A DNA stretch of 64,000 bases, from NCBI GenBank assembly GCA_013166835.1, contig JABLTI010000015.1, forward strand, positions 15,149-79,148, read 5' to 3'. This stretch comes from Promethearchaeati archaeon (GTDB lineage: Archaea > Asgardarchaeota > Heimdallarchaeia > JABLTI01). The position numbers and the translations under genes were made by a program. Each line of letters starts with the position of its first letter. Within the stretch, counting starts at the first letter, position 1. Positions 10,604 through 19,976 of this stretch are shown piece by piece. The notes beneath the pieces are model-generated. The model saw only the letters and a list, made by a program, of their open reading frames with translations. It did not search any database and was not told where the DNA came from.

Positions 10604-10903
10604 CTATTTGACTAATTTGTTTAATTCTGTTTGAATTATAAAGTATCCATAATATACAAAGCACAAGAGAAAAACTATCATAGCTTCTTGTTCTTTATAT
10701 TTCACGATTCGATGCCATTCTTCTGTATATTTATATATGTAGTAAATATTAACACCGGGTATAAATATAAACCAAATTGTTGGTAGTTCTGCACCCAATT
10801 CTGTTAATTCTTTACTTGTTTCATAAAGCCAGTATAACATATAAAGTCCGCATGATATGATCATGAAGACGATTGTCATCATTGGATCTCTTTCTTTAAC
10901 CAT
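10604..10903 (-). CDS. Small membrane protein, DUF4234-like
   Basis: RDPMMTIVFMIISCGLYMLYWLY...IQTELNKL; paralogue of the next gene. Confidence 0.8.
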   Translation of the reverse strand: MVKERDPMMTIVFMIISCGLYMLYWLYETSKELTELGAELPTIWFIFIPGVNIYYIYKYTEEWHRIVKYKEQEAMIVFLLCFVYYGYFIIQTELNKLVK

Positions 10904-10970
10904 TTTGTATCAACTACCTTGATATAGTGAAAAATTACAACTCTATTACTTATTAAAATTTAGGAACGAG
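10891..10970 (-). promoter_or_regulatory. Duplicated leader/promoter, copy 1
   Basis: tttctttaaccattttgtatcaactaccttgatat and ttattaaaatttaggaacgag both recur exactly 413 bp later; the minus strand carries TATA-like ttttaataa. Confidence 0.75.
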
Positions 10971-11013
10971 AAAATTCATACAATTATAAAAAAAGAATAT
11001 ATAATTAGCCTTA

Positions 11014-11316
11014 TTAGGCTAATTTGTTTAATTCACTTTGTATTACATAGATTCCAATTGGGAAGACGAGCCACATTAATAGAAATGCAATTAATGCACT
11101 TGTATCAGATTTTGTTACTTTTTCCCAACCTTCAGAGTACTTGTAGAACCAGAAAATAGTTCCAACATAAGGTATGAGCCACATCCAAGCAGTTGGAATA
11201 CCAGCTCCTTTTTCATTCATTTCATTTTTGGTGGATACACACCAGAAGAGCCATGAAATACCTAAAGTACATAGACCCCATATAATTACCATTACTGGAT
11301 TTCTTTCTTTAACCAT
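11014..11316 (-). CDS. Small membrane protein, DUF4234-like
   Basis: RNPVMVIIWGLCTLGISWLFW...IQSELNKL. Confidence 0.8.
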   Translation of the reverse strand: MVKERNPVMVIIWGLCTLGISWLFWCVSTKNEMNEKGAGIPTAWMWLIPYVGTIFWFYKYSEGWEKVTKSDTSALIAFLLMWLVFPIGIYVIQSELNKLA

Positions 11317-11383
11317 TTTGTATCAACTACCTTGATATTGCAGAAAATAAACATTAACTAGTTTATTAAAATTTAGGAACGAG
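11304..11383 (-). promoter_or_regulatory. Duplicated leader/promoter, copy 2
   Basis: Blocks identical to 10891-10925 and 10950-10970, at the same distance from the ATG. Confidence 0.75.
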
Positions 11384-11503
11384 CATTGAAAATGATAAAT
11401 GATGAAATTTAACAAAAACTCCATTAGGAAAAGATTGATAAATAATAAATTACAAAAATAAAGAATGTTGACGTTATAGTCAATATTAATAGAGGCGAAA
11501 AAA

Positions 11504-11698
11504 ATGGCAGGAGAAACAGACAAAATCATAATGATTTTAGTAACATTTTTCTTGGGTTATTTAGGAATTCATAGATTCATAAAGGGACATTGGCTATCAG
11601 GCATTGTTTACTTATGCACTGGTGGATTATTAACTATCGGTGTTTGGATAGACCTTATTTGGATTATTATGGATAAGCCATTAATGTGGCAAAGTTAA
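11504..11698 (+). CDS. TM2-domain small membrane protein
   Basis: FFLGYLGIHRF..G..SGIVYLCTGGLLTIGVWIDLI is the TM2 signature. Confidence 0.88.
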   Translation: MAGETDKIIMILVTFFLGYLGIHRFIKGHWLSGIVYLCTGGLLTIGVWIDLIWIIMDKPLMWQS

Positions 11699-11713
11699 TT
11701 CAATAACCCAATT

Positions 11714-11750
11714 TCAATGAAATTATTTTCATTGATCTCTCTTTTTTTTT
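11714..11750 (+). terminator. Hairpin plus T-tract terminator
   Basis: tcaatgaaa-ttat-tttcattga, then a T run. Confidence 0.7.
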
Positions 11751-11890
11751 CTAAAAATGATCAGAAATTTCTTATGTTATTATTTTTGATAACTATTTGT
11801 TTGTTTTGCAATTTCTAAAGAGAAAAAATTATATTTAAAATAACTAATACAAAATTTGATTATAATTTTGTAATATATAAGGAAATTAAA

Positions 11891-12085
11891 ATGGCAAGTG
11901 ATAGCAAAATAGTAGATTTTCTCCTAGCCTTCTTTCTTGGCTTTGGAGTCTTTAGATTCATAAAAGGGTATAAGACATCAGCGATAGTCAAACTAATTTT
12001 ATGGCTAGTTGGTGTTAGCTTTATCTGGTGGGTAATTGACTGGGTTTTTGTCTTACTTGACAAAAAACTACTCTGGCCAGAATAA
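11891..12085 (+). CDS. TM2-domain small membrane protein (paralogue)
   Basis: FFLGFGVFRFIKGY...WVIDW...LDKKLLWP; 64 aa like the previous gene. Confidence 0.82.
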   Translation: MASDSKIVDFLLAFFLGFGVFRFIKGYKTSAIVKLILWLVGVSFIWWVIDWVFVLLDKKLLWPE

Positions 12086-12087
12086 AA

Positions 12088-12123
12088 ATCATTGAATTTT
12101 TTTCAATGATATTCTTTTTTTTT
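12088..12123 (+). terminator. Hairpin plus T-tract terminator
   Basis: atcattgaa-ttttt-ttcaatgat, then a T run. Confidence 0.7.
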
Positions 12124-12366
12124 CCCCTTTTTCTAATGCAAGTAATCGCTGTGATTTTTTCTGTTGTTATTGTAAATTTAAATTACAATCAGCATTAAAT
12201 ATTAATTATCAAAAGATAAAAGTCATATCAATGAATGATGTAAAAATAAATAAGAAAAGTATATATTTAAATAAAGTTAATTTCGTTATTGGTTGGTTTT
12301 TGAATAGATATATTAAAAGAAGATACTGTTTATTAAAAAATAGGATAACTATAAGGAGAAAAAAAA

Positions 12367-12804
12367 ATGTCTCAAAATGTTCAAGGAACAAGATCATATT
12401 TCTTGTGGGTATTTCTAGGAATTATTACATTAGGTATATGTTTTATTGTATACAATTTGTTGAATTTCTTGGATTTGGATGAGCACCATAACAGATATGC
12501 AACAAAAGAAAATGCTCCTTCAACGAATTCACAAGCTTGGTTAATGGTTCTACTGTGTATTTTTGTACCAGTAGTAGGAGGATTAATTGCTTTATACATC
12601 AAATATTCAAAACTACATGATCACTTAGCAGTATATCAAGGAGCCCCAAATATCCCTGATGGTTTGAGTATTGTATTGATAAGCTTGTTATTGTCTTTGT
12701 TAAGTGCTGGAATTGTATTCTTCTATTTTGAATGGAAATGGCAACATGTATTTAATGAGCACAATCGCTGGCATGCTCGCCAAGAAACACAAGGAACAAG
12801 ATAA
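12367..12804 (+). CDS. Membrane protein, DUF4234-like
   Basis: RSYFLWVFLGIITLGICFIVY...WKWQHVFNEH; SD aaggag upstream. Confidence 0.72.
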   Translation: MSQNVQGTRSYFLWVFLGIITLGICFIVYNLLNFLDLDEHHNRYATKENAPSTNSQAWLMVLLCIFVPVVGGLIALYIKYSKLHDHLAVYQGAPNIPDGLSIVLISLLLSLLSAGIVFFYFEWKWQHVFNEHNRWHARQETQGTR

Positions 12805-13348
12805 AAAATTTTGAGAAGGAAAAATATCCTTCATTTTTTTTTTAAAAATTTAGATAGATAATTTAACTTCTAAAAGCAATAAATATTAATACACATGTTC
12901 GTTTTATTTAAATGAAATTCCTAATGGAGGATATGATGTGAAAAACTGGAGGCGATGTTGGGTCTTCGCCTTGGCTAATACTACTTTCTAGTTTTCTTTC
13001 CCAAATTATTCTAGATTTTAAGAAAATTCTTTCTTTTGATAATAATGGATCTATAAATTATCGAAGAAATCAGAAAATCATTGAATTGAAAACTAATTCT
13101 ATTCTTTGTTGCATTAGTCAAGCTTTAACTTTTGGTTATCCAGAACCATTATCATCTGGAAATTATAATAAGAGAATAACTGGTAAGATAGACTATCATA
13201 GAACCAGCAAAAAAGCTTTTAATGTCTTTTGTGCGACAAAACAAAGAAAAAAGCGAATAATTCAGAATGAAAATCGCTGCAAGTATTTGCTGAGAAGGAT
13301 AGATGATATCCTTTGCATTACTAAGGAGAAATGGAAGGAGCAAATAAG

Positions 13349-15841
13349 ATGAACAAGAAAAATGATAAAACAAAAGAGCAAGGACCACAGCCCAAATTAG
13401 ATAAGCACTATAACATAACTGAAACAGAAAGAAAGTTACAGGATCTATGGGCATCAGAAGAACACTACAAAGAAATCTATAGCTTTGACTTTGAAGATAC
13501 AGATAAACCATTATTTGCTATTGATACTCCCCCACCATTTACTAGTGGGATATTACATATGGGGCACGCTTATTGGACTTCCATATCAGATCTGATTGGT
13601 AGATACAAGCGAATGCAAGGATTCAATGTTATTCTTCCACAAGGCTGGGATTGTCAAGGATTACCTACTGAATTAAAGGTTCAATATAAGTGGAATATTC
13701 CTCGTTCAAATCGTGAGTTGTTCAGAGCAAAATGCAAAGAATGGACTCAAGAAATGATTGATGATATGAAAGATTCCATGAAACAAATTGGTTACCGTCC
13801 AGATTGGGAGGAATTCGAGTATAAAACAATGGATCCGGAATATCAAGCTACCGTTCAAAAAACATTGATACAAATGCATCAAGTTGGTGATGTTTATGTT
13901 GATAATTTTCCCAATATGTGGTGTACCTATTGTGGAACCAGTATAGCTCAAGCAGAGACTGGTTATCTCGAGAAGAAAGGTTTCATGAATTGGGTTAAAT
14001 TCCCTATTGCAGGTGAGAAAGATCAATTTATTGAAATTGCTACTTCCAGACCTGAACTTATTCCTGCTTGTCAAGCAATTCTCATTCATCCGAGTGATAA
14101 GCGATTCAAGAAATTCCAAGGGAAGAAAGCTCTCATACCTTTACTTGAAAAAGAGATTCCTATTATTATTGACAAAGATGTTGACATGGAGTTTGGTACT
14201 GGAGCTGTAATGAATTGTACCTTTGGTGATGAACAAGACATCAAGTGGCAACAAAGACATAGTTTACCTATCTCAAGTATTGTTTCCCCAGACGGTCTTC
14301 TGCAAAATACCGGGTTACAGTATGATGGAATGCTAATTAAAGATGCTCAAAGAGAAATATCCATTGATTTGAATAAAAAAGGCTTTATGATAAAACAAGA
14401 ACGAATCAAGCATCGTGTTTTATGTCATACAGAGCGAGGTGACTGTGAGACTCCAATGGAGTTTCTTACAACAAAACAATATATGATCAAAATCAAAGAT
14501 TTCGCTCCTGATTTGATAAAAGCTGCAAAGAAGATGAAGTGGTACCCAAGTTTCTATCTAAGAAGAGCAACTGATTGGATAGGTGCTTTAGAATGGGATT
14601 GGATAATTTCGCGTCAAAGATTGTTTGGAACTCCTATTCCTTTCTGGAGTTGCAGTGATTGCAATGAAGTTATTGCTCCCTCAGAAGATTCAGAATTTCC
14701 TATAGATACTTCGTTTACTCCCTCACCAATTAAGAAATGTCCAAAATGTGGGTCCTCAAGCATAAAAGGAACACAAGATATTTGTGATGTATGGGTTGAC
14801 TCGAGTCTAACAGCATTAATTATCACAAGATGGTTTGAGGATCCTGAATTTGCTAAGAAATGGATTACAAAGGATTCACCAGCAATTCTTAGATTACAAG
14901 GACATGATATTATTCGAACTTGGTATACTTATACAACTTTTCGAACATTGAAGCTTACTGATGGACTGTTTCCATATGGTAATGTTTTGATTAATGGTCA
15001 TGTTCTCGGACCAGATTCTATGAAGATGTCAAAATCTCGTGATAATGTTGTTGACCCTCGAGATGGTATTGAGAAATTTGGAGCAGATGCTATTAGGCAA
15101 ACAATATTAGGTAAGAAAGTTGGTTCAGACTTTCCTTTCCAATGGGATAAAGCACAGTATGGTAAATCTTTCCTACAAAAACTGTGGTCTGTTTCAAGAT
15201 ATCTCAGCATTTTCATTGATGATATTCCTGAGAGTAAACCAAAGTATTCTCCGATAGATATTTGGCTGCTTTCTGAGCTCGAATCAGCAAGAAAAGAAAT
15301 CACAAGAACAATGGATATTTATGAATTTCATACAAGCTTGAAGATTATTCATGAATTCACTTGGAGTAAACTCTGTGATAATTACTTGGAAAGTGTAAAA
15401 CCCATTTTTAGATCTGAAGATTTAGCTCGTTCATCAACTGTTAAACAAATACTCAAAGACACTTTATGGTCAGTTTTACGTTTGCTAGCACCATTCTGTC
15501 CACATGTTTCAGAAGAAATTTACCTAAACATGTTCAAGGACGAAATCGGAAAAATATCCATTCATGCGACTGATTGGCCAGCTAAAGATAAGAAAAATTA
15601 TGATCCGAAAGAAATCGAGCTCGGAGCATTACTCATAGAAATCATAGCACTTGGGAGACAACAAAAAGCAAATATGAGATTAGCTTTGAATGAACCAATT
15701 AAACTAGCTACAATCACCATTTCAAAAGAATATCATTCAAAGATTAAAGAACATCAAGAATTACTCAAATTACCTCTACACATTTCCGAGATAAAATTGA
15801 CTTCCGGAGAAGAATTAACCATTAAGATAGATAAAGAATAG
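13349..15841 (+). CDS. valS: Valine--tRNA ligase (archaeal type)
   Basis: DTPPPFTSG, HMGH, GWDCQGLPTE, DWIISRQR and KMSKS; start 13331 or 13349. Confidence 0.95.
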   Translation: MNKKNDKTKEQGPQPKLDKHYNITETERKLQDLWASEEHYKEIYSFDFEDTDKPLFAIDTPPPFTSGILHMGHAYWTSISDLIGRYKRMQGFNVILPQGWDCQGLPTELKVQYKWNIPRSNRELFRAKCKEWTQEMIDDMKDSMKQIGYRPDWEEFEYKTMDPEYQATVQKTLIQMHQVGDVYVDNFPNMWCTYCGTSIAQAETGYLEKKGFMNWVKFPIAGEKDQFIEIATSRPELIPACQAILIHPSDKRFKKFQGKKALIPLLEKEIPIIIDKDVDMEFGTGAVMNCTFGDEQDIKWQQRHSLPISSIVSPDGLLQNTGLQYDGMLIKDAQREISIDLNKKGFMIKQERIKHRVLCHTERGDCETPMEFLTTKQYMIKIKDFAPDLIKAAKKMKWYPSFYLRRATDWIGALEWDWIISRQRLFGTPIPFWSCSDCNEVIAPSEDSEFPIDTSFTPSPIKKCPKCGSSSIKGTQDICDVWVDSSLTALIITRWFEDPEFAKKWITKDSPAILRLQGHDIIRTWYTYTTFRTLKLTDGLFPYGNVLINGHVLGPDSMKMSKSRDNVVDPRDGIEKFGADAIRQTILGKKVGSDFPFQWDKAQYGKSFLQKLWSVSRYLSIFIDDIPESKPKYSPIDIWLLSELESARKEITRTMDIYEFHTSLKIIHEFTWSKLCDNYLESVKPIFRSEDLARSSTVKQILKDTLWSVLRLLAPFCPHVSEEIYLNMFKDEIGKISIHATDWPAKDKKNYDPKEIELGALLIEIIALGRQQKANMRLALNEPIKLATITISKEYHSKIKEHQELLKLPLHISEIKLTSGEELTIKIDKE

Positions 15842-15985
15842 AAGAATTATTCTTCTTTTTCTTAATTTTTTTTCAAATAACCATCTGTTTCTATTTCTTT
15901 ACCATTTAATAGAAACCCTTTTGAATTATTTTTATTCCCTTTAGTCGGTCCAGATGTACCAAAAAATTGGTGTGGTTTAAAAGAA

Positions 15986-16888
15986 ATGATAGGTGAAATA
16001 TGGTTTTCACAAGTTTTCGGTCAATGGGGATGGTTAATTGCTTTATCTATCGCTATTGGAGTAAACGTTCCAATTTTTGTTTGGGTCAGGATAAAAAGAC
16101 ATCTAACACCCTTTGCTTGTCTGCTTGCAGGTTTTTTCGGGATAGCTTATTGGATGATTCATCCGATTTTTTATGCGCTCCTGTTTGCATTTTTCATTTC
16201 CAGTAGTATATTGACTAATTATCGTAAAAAGGATAAGAAAGATATCCAGGATAAATTCGAGAAAGGTGGAGAAAGGGACACATCTCAAGTTTTGGCAAAT
16301 GGTTTAGGCGGATTCATTTTCGCTGTAGGTTATTTGTTAACCTTTCTTTTATCTACAAATATCATTATTTCAAATGCTTTTATTTTTGCATTTATAGCAA
16401 CAATTGGAACAGTTAACGCAGATACTTGGGGAACAGAAATTGGAATTTTATCTAATGATCAACCATATTGGATTCTTAATCTCAGTAAAAAAGTGGATAG
16501 AGGAACTTCCGGAGGAGTATCACTAAAAGGTACTGCTGCTTCGTTTATAGGAGCCTTAATTATCACATTAGTTGCGTTATTAATTGAGATATTTTGGAAA
16601 AGTCCCGTACCAGATGTTTCAACTTGGCAAATTTATCTCTTTATCCCCTTGACAAGTATTTTTGGTTTTATCGGGGGGATAATTGACAGCATGTTCGGAG
16701 CTTCCATACAAGGATTCTTTGAGTGTACAGTATGTGGGAAAGGAACGGAAAAAAGAGAACACTGTGGCGAACCTACAAAATTGTTGCGAGGAAATGAGTG
16801 GTTTAGAAATGATCATGTTAATTACTGGGCATCCTTTTTAGCTGGATTGCTTATGTTTGGTGTTAGTTGTTTAGCATTTCTAATATAA
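15986..16888 (+). CDS. DUF92/TMEM19-family membrane protein with C-terminal Zn ribbon
   Basis: GGERDTSQVLANG, ADTWGTEIG, GTSGGVSLKGT, DSMFGASIQ, CTVC..HCG. Confidence 0.9.
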   Translation: MIGEIWFSQVFGQWGWLIALSIAIGVNVPIFVWVRIKRHLTPFACLLAGFFGIAYWMIHPIFYALLFAFFISSSILTNYRKKDKKDIQDKFEKGGERDTSQVLANGLGGFIFAVGYLLTFLLSTNIIISNAFIFAFIATIGTVNADTWGTEIGILSNDQPYWILNLSKKVDRGTSGGVSLKGTAASFIGALIITLVALLIEIFWKSPVPDVSTWQIYLFIPLTSIFGFIGGIIDSMFGASIQGFFECTVCGKGTEKREHCGEPTKLLRGNEWFRNDHVNYWASFLAGLLMFGVSCLAFLI

Positions 16889-16895
16889 GATTGAA

Positions 16896-18065
16896 TCAAT
16901 CTGCGAAAATCTCAACTATATCGCCATCTGCCAAAATATGGTTTAAACCAACGGTTTGTCCCTCAAATTTCGCACTTGGACCATATATTTTTGCTAGCTT
17001 AAAATGATCAAAGAATCTTGTGTGAATTATTTTGGCAACATCAGAAACTGTAGCTCCTTTCTTCAAAACAATAGGTTTAGGAGCGATTCCACCATTTGGT
17101 TCTTTACTCTTAATCCTTATAAGTTCTAATTGTTGAAAAATTGTTTCTTGTAAAAGAACCAACCCTTCGTCTTCGGTTGCACTAACTGGAACAATAATGA
17201 ATTGCTTCTCAAAAAATTCTTTCAGTTTCTGATAACTTTCTTTAGAACCTGTCGTGTCTCCTTTGTTTGCAACAATAATTCCTTTACTATAAGCCAAGCT
17301 GTAATCAAGTGCTTCAACTACATCTGATAAAGACATAGGTTTGAAGAATTTTAATGAGAAATTATAGATCCCGAGATCATGTAGTATTTCAATGATTTCT
17401 TCTCGAGACGCATCTACTTTGCTTTCACCAATTAGAATTGCTCCTCCAGAACCTGTTTTCCGAAGTTCAATCGGTGGTTTTTCTTTATTTACACGAATGC
17501 TACCATTATAGAGCTCTTCTATTAAAATATCCATTTGTTTTTTCGGGTCCTCAGAGAGATCTATCACGAAAACTATCAAGTCAGAGGCTCGTATTTGTGA
17601 TAAAAGCATAGCTCCATTTTTAGATTCAGTACGTATATTTGGGAAAATACTTGGTAAATCAATTAATTGAATGATCGCTCCATCACAATCTAGTACCCCA
17701 GGTTCAGGTTTTTCAGTAGTATAAGGGTAGTCACCTACTTTTGTATTAGAGCCTGTGAGTATTCTCATTAACTGTGACTTGCCAGAGTTTGCAACACCGA
17801 TAAGAGAAACTTGGGCATCTCCTTCTTTTGGAATAACCCAGGTTGGACCTTTTGAGAGAGACTTTAGCCTTCTCTTATTCTCCTCTAAATCTGATTTTAA
17901 CTTTACTAATCGGCTTCTTAATCGAGCAACCAATTTTTCAGTAGCTTTATGCTTAGGAACAAGGGATATGAATTTCTCTAGCTTGATGATTTTATCTTCT
18001 GTAGTATTTGCTTCATTATATTCCTGTTCCGCTAGTTTGGCTTCAGGACTAAGATTTGTCGACAT
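16896..18065 (-). CDS. DRG/OBG-family GTPase with TGS domain
   Basis: VPKHKATEK, GVANSGKS, YPYTT, DLPS, NKGD; TGS end GPSAKFEGQTVGLNHILADGDIVEI. Confidence 0.92.
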   Translation of the reverse strand: MSTNLSPEAKLAEQEYNEANTTEDKIIKLEKFISLVPKHKATEKLVARLRSRLVKLKSDLEENKRRLKSLSKGPTWVIPKEGDAQVSLIGVANSGKSQLMRILTGSNTKVGDYPYTTEKPEPGVLDCDGAIIQLIDLPSIFPNIRTESKNGAMLLSQIRASDLIVFVIDLSEDPKKQMDILIEELYNGSIRVNKEKPPIELRKTGSGGAILIGESKVDASREEIIEILHDLGIYNFSLKFFKPMSLSDVVEALDYSLAYSKGIIVANKGDTTGSKESYQKLKEFFEKQFIIVPVSATEDEGLVLLQETIFQQLELIRIKSKEPNGGIAPKPIVLKKGATVSDVAKIIHTRFFDHFKLAKIYGPSAKFEGQTVGLNHILADGDIVEIFAD

Positions 18066-18158
18066 AGTTAAGACGTATGCTCCTAAACATTAAATATTCT
18101 ACAAGGAAGAAATGTAGTTATAACTTTTTAATTCTTACCTCTTGCGAGATAAATCAAT

Positions 18159-18194
18159 AAAAAAAAGAGAGTAGAGTGCGAAGTAAATCGCACT
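18159..18194 (-). terminator. Hairpin plus T-tract terminator (minus strand)
   Basis: agtgcga-agtaaa-tcgcact with an adjacent A run on the plus strand. Confidence 0.65.
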
Positions 18195-18205
18195 AAATAG
18201 ACTAA

Positions 18206-19783
18206 TTATCTTCGTCTTCTAATGATTGCACCTAATGCTGCTAAACCAATGATTGTTGGTATGGCAATAAACCAGGTGAAACCAGGAAGAATGTTGTTAT
18301 TAATGATTTCAGGGGGATTATAAAGAGGATTTCTGATTTTGAAGTCAACTTCACCATGTATGGTACCAGTATCGAAAGAAGTGGAAGAATCATAAACTTC
18401 AATATCAATAACTGCTCTAATGTAAATGGCTGCTCCAATACCTGTGTCTGTGTAGCATATGTATCCATTTTCTTCTAGTGTATAAGTAGCTCCAGTATCA
18501 TAAGCAACTTCTGGCATGATTGTACCGATAGTAAGATTATTTTCAACTTGAACATTTACTGCTTCTTGGAAGTAATAGAAACTACCTTTTTGTTTTAGTG
18601 CAAATCCGCCTTCGATTGCGTGGAAGATAAGTTCATCAGCTGGAGGATTGATGAAATCCATAAGTTCATCTATGTAAACTCCAACAACGGTGTCGCCAAG
18701 GATCATATAGCCTTCGTAGATTGTCCAATCAGGAGTTATTGCAGGTGCAATTCCTTCTGAGAATCCATGTGATGGTTCATCATAGAATGGTTCATCACCA
18801 GTAGTTATGGAACCAAAGAATCCATTGAAAACAACTGGTTCGGAACTTTTTTCGAGCATACCAGTTTCAAAATTACGGAAGTAAGTATCAGCCATATAAT
18901 AACATCCTCTAACATCTGTAACAACAATACTCATTAGTGATTCTCCGACAAGAGCATCAGCTTCAGAAATAACATTGTTTAAATCTGTTTGATTAATGGC
19001 AGCATAGAGATCACCAGTACCAGTTACTGAAATATCAGCGATATCGACATCGAAAGCAATAACATCTCCGTTTGAGACTGGCAATGGATTGTATTCTTTA
19101 GAAGTAAATGAAATCTCAAAAGTATATCCTGAGAAATCAGTACCCATAAAGTAGATATCATCATAAATTAGATGAGTACAAATTCCATCAGATTTTCTCC
19201 AAGTACCAGAAATTTCTCCTGTACCATTTACAAAGGTTGCTGAGAAAGTATCCACAGTATCTGTTACTGTAAAGCCAATAGCACCTAATAATGTTGCATG
19301 TTCTGTATAGTCATCATTAATGAAGAACAACGATGGTCCACTACCATAAGTGTTATTCCAATGTGGAATACCTTCTACAACTGCACTTGGTGTAGCAGCA
19401 CCAGCTGGTATGATATAATCTGTGGATATTAATCCATCACCAACTGTAATTGTTTCATCTTCTTCAAAAAGCAATCCTAAAGCATAGTTAATGAAATTAC
19501 CTTCAACACCAGGTGCAAATTCATGATCATCTTCAACATACATGACCTTGATATAGAGAGTATTATCTGCAAAATTTGGTAAGGTAACATTTTCGGGCTC
19601 TGCTTCTGGTGGGAGTACTAGTTGATCAATGTTGTAATACAAAGTATCACCAGCGACTACTCCTATAGAAGAATCATAGTCTTGAGGAACTACTTGTGTT
19701 TGTTCTTGCACAGTTGTTCCCATCACAGATAATGCTGGGGAGAGCATTATCATTATAATTAAAAGTATAAAGGACTTGTTCAT
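18206..19783 (-). CDS. Secreted acidic surface (S-layer-like) glycoprotein with PGF-type C-terminal anchor
   Basis: Signal peptide MNKSFILLII (ATG 19783), many NxT/S sites, ends PGF-TM helix-RRRR; paralogue of the next gene. Confidence 0.8.
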   Translation of the reverse strand: MNKSFILLIIMIMLSPALSVMGTTVQEQTQVVPQDYDSSIGVVAGDTLYYNIDQLVLPPEAEPENVTLPNFADNTLYIKVMYVEDDHEFAPGVEGNFINYALGLLFEEDETITVGDGLISTDYIIPAGAATPSAVVEGIPHWNNTYGSGPSLFFINDDYTEHATLLGAIGFTVTDTVDTFSATFVNGTGEISGTWRKSDGICTHLIYDDIYFMGTDFSGYTFEISFTSKEYNPLPVSNGDVIAFDVDIADISVTGTGDLYAAINQTDLNNVISEADALVGESLMSIVVTDVRGCYYMADTYFRNFETGMLEKSSEPVVFNGFFGSITTGDEPFYDEPSHGFSEGIAPAITPDWTIYEGYMILGDTVVGVYIDELMDFINPPADELIFHAIEGGFALKQKGSFYYFQEAVNVQVENNLTIGTIMPEVAYDTGATYTLEENGYICYTDTGIGAAIYIRAVIDIEVYDSSTSFDTGTIHGEVDFKIRNPLYNPPEIINNNILPGFTWFIAIPTIIGLAALGAIIRRRR

Positions 19784-19913
19784 CCTCAAAATTCTTTCAC
19801 CAATTTTAATTTTAGATAAACTGGTAATCTGGTTATTGTTATAAAACACTATGTATTGGGGTAAGGTCAAAAGTGAATTTTCCTTAAGTAATGAGTTAAT
19901 TAAATTTTTACTT

Positions 19914-19950
19914 AAAAAAAGAAAAGAATAATGCGATAAAAATCGCATTA
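19914..19950 (-). terminator. Hairpin plus T-tract terminator (minus strand)
   Basis: taatgcgat-aaaa-atcgcatta with an adjacent A run; related in sequence to the 18175 hairpin. Confidence 0.7.
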
Positions 19951-19976
19951 AAGTTAATTTTGGTTATATTCAGTTA

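Noticed and set aside
12948-12992. Fluoride riboswitch-like GGCGATG...TCGCC...GCTAAT
   Set aside because: Lacks the second stem and the pseudoknot complement; no fluoride-related gene downstream
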